Shown here: in pieces, positions 62,807 to 64,000 of the stretch | Layout of the letters: every line of letters begins with the position of its first letter | Position numbering within the stretch: position 1 is the stretch's first letter | DNA from: Planctomycetota bacterium | Lineage (GTDB): Bacteria > Planctomycetota > UBA8108 > SXIK01 | DNA length: 64,000 bases | Assembly: GCA_965223265.1 (NCBI GenBank) | Contig: OZ244999.1 | Span: 7,520,001-7,584,000, forward strand | Direction: 5' to 3' | Program-made: the position numbers and the translations under genes | The notes under the pieces: generated by a model | Databases searched by the model: none | What the model was told of the DNA's origin: nothing | The model's input: only the letters and a program-made list of their open reading frames with translations

Positions 62807-63781
62807 ATGATTGACGCGCGCAAAGCGGTCGTGTCGCTGGTCGCCGGCGTTCTCTGCAGCTCGGCGTTCGGAACAGATGTCGGACAGGAGGCGCCAGCGC
62901 TTCACGCCAAGGAGTGGCTCAACGCAGCCCCAGGGTTCTCTTGGTCGCAGCTCAAGGGACGACTCATCCTCGTCGAGAACTGGGCCACCTGGTGAGGCCC
63001 TTGCATCACGTCGATCCCGCACCTCAACGATCTCAAACGTGAGTACGAGGGTAGGGGATTGACGGTCATCGGAGTTGCCGATGAACCCAAGGGACGGATC
63101 CAACGTGTCGTCAAGAACGAGGAAATCGAATACATCGTCGCGCTGCGCTCCGGCTCGGCGTTTAACTCACGTGCCTACCCCACGGCATGGCTCGTCAGCC
63201 CCAAGGGCAAAGTCGTCTGGAAAGGGCACCCCGCTAGTCTCGACGGCAAGAAGATCGAGAAGTTTCTCAAGGGCGCGCGCTTCGAGCCGAAGTTTTCTCT
63301 GCCGAGGAAACTGAAAGCAGCGTCTCGATACCTGGGCAAGAGGGATTGCGCCAGAGCGATTCGCGAGCTCGAGAAACACGTGGCAGGGAAAGACGAAGCC
63401 GTCGCGCGGGTGGCAAAGGACACCATTCGGGAACTGAAGCGTTACGCGAAGCGCGAATACAAGTTCGCCGGTAGGTTCGCTAAGTCTGGCGAATACGCCG
63501 ACGCGGTCGCGATTCTCGAGTTTCTTGAGAAGTCGTTCAAAGGCTTCGAAGCAGGAGAGCGAGCCAAAGTCAAGCTGAAGGCCTGGCGTGACGACAAGAA
63601 GATCAAACTCGAAATCGAAGCCAGCTCTCAGATCGCCAAAGCAAGGACGCTGATTTCACGTCGGCAGTACGCGCCGGCGTATAAAGTCCTTCAGAATGTA
63701 GCGCGAAGAAAGAAGTACAAGGACACGCGGGCAAAAGAAATTGCCGTGAAGTTAGCGAAAGAGATCAGACGCTACGTTTAA
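62807..63781 (+). CDS. Secreted TlpA/thioredoxin-like disulfide reductase with in-frame UGA (UxxC) and basic helical C-terminal domain, candidate selenoprotein, 324 aa
   Basis: ORFs 62762-62995 and 63059-63781 join in frame: TGG GCC ACC TGG TGA GGC CCT TGC = W-A-T-W-U-G-P-C, then IPHLN.L...Y...GLTVIGV and cis-Pro YPT...V...GKVVW.GHP. GGAGG RBS precedes the ATG at 62807. Signal peptide present. Confidence 0.87.
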
Positions 63782-63811
63782 CCTCCAACTGATACGGTCG
63801 CCTCGCCTCCA

Positions 63812-64000
63812 TCAGAGGATGTCGAGAATCGGGCCATCGCCTTCTTCGACGAGCCGAATCGGCTGGCCGTTGATCTCGACCTCCATCTGATCCGCTTCGA
63901 GGCCCAGCTGTCGCAAGATCGTCGACTGCAGATCGGTTATGTAGTGACGATCTTCGATCGCATGGTAGCCGAAGTCGTCCGTCCGCCCGTGCACCACTCC
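63812..64000 (-). CDS. C-terminal fragment of a DUF1501-family protein, truncated by the window edge
   Basis: HGRTDDFGY.A.E......DL..TIL..LG. is the typical DUF1501 C-terminus. Confidence 0.75.
   Translation of the reverse strand, partial: GVVHGRTDDFGYHAIEDRHYITDLQSTILRQLGLEADQMEVEINGQPIRLVEEGDGPILDIL

Noticed and set aside
49831-63781. Genome-wide UGA reassignment (genetic code 4 or 25), or simple pseudogenes, as the explanation of the in-frame TGAs
   Set aside because: Many intact genes here terminate at TGA at their expected C-termini and Trp is encoded by TGG. Both internal TGAs hit catalytic Cys positions with no other lesions, which random nonsense mutation is unlikely to produce.

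Overview
GC-rich bacterial chromosomal window, most likely Planctomycetota. This is inferred from a DUF1501-type C-terminus, a paired Ca-binding dockerin-like domain, a CxPxR sulfatase, Tat-exported oxidoreductases and three Hanks-type Ser/Thr kinases. About 48 protein-coding genes can be supported, mostly metabolic, cell-envelope and signalling genes. I saw no rRNA, tRNA, CRISPR array or intact transposase. Main hidden signal: two genes that the ORF track splits in two are each one reading frame with an in-frame TGA exactly at a catalytic redox cysteine position. They are an AhpD/CMD-family protein with C-L-F-[UGA] (49831-50397, minus) and a secreted TlpA/thioredoxin-like protein with W-[UGA]-G-P-C (62807-63781, plus). 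Both are candidate selenoproteins, each with a different downstream stem-loop. Other notable items: a palindromic MITE family (17-bp TIRs, 4-bp TTAA/TTAG target duplications; two intact copies and one decayed copy); an IS481-type end remnant upstream of an orphan addA-like gene; a histone-H1-like protein fused to a J-domain with QPD at the HPD position; an 1818-aa kinase-ATPase-TPR-GAF-sigma54 activator; and two candidate structured RNA or regulatory elements. All calls are from motif reading by eye. No database searches or folding programs were run.
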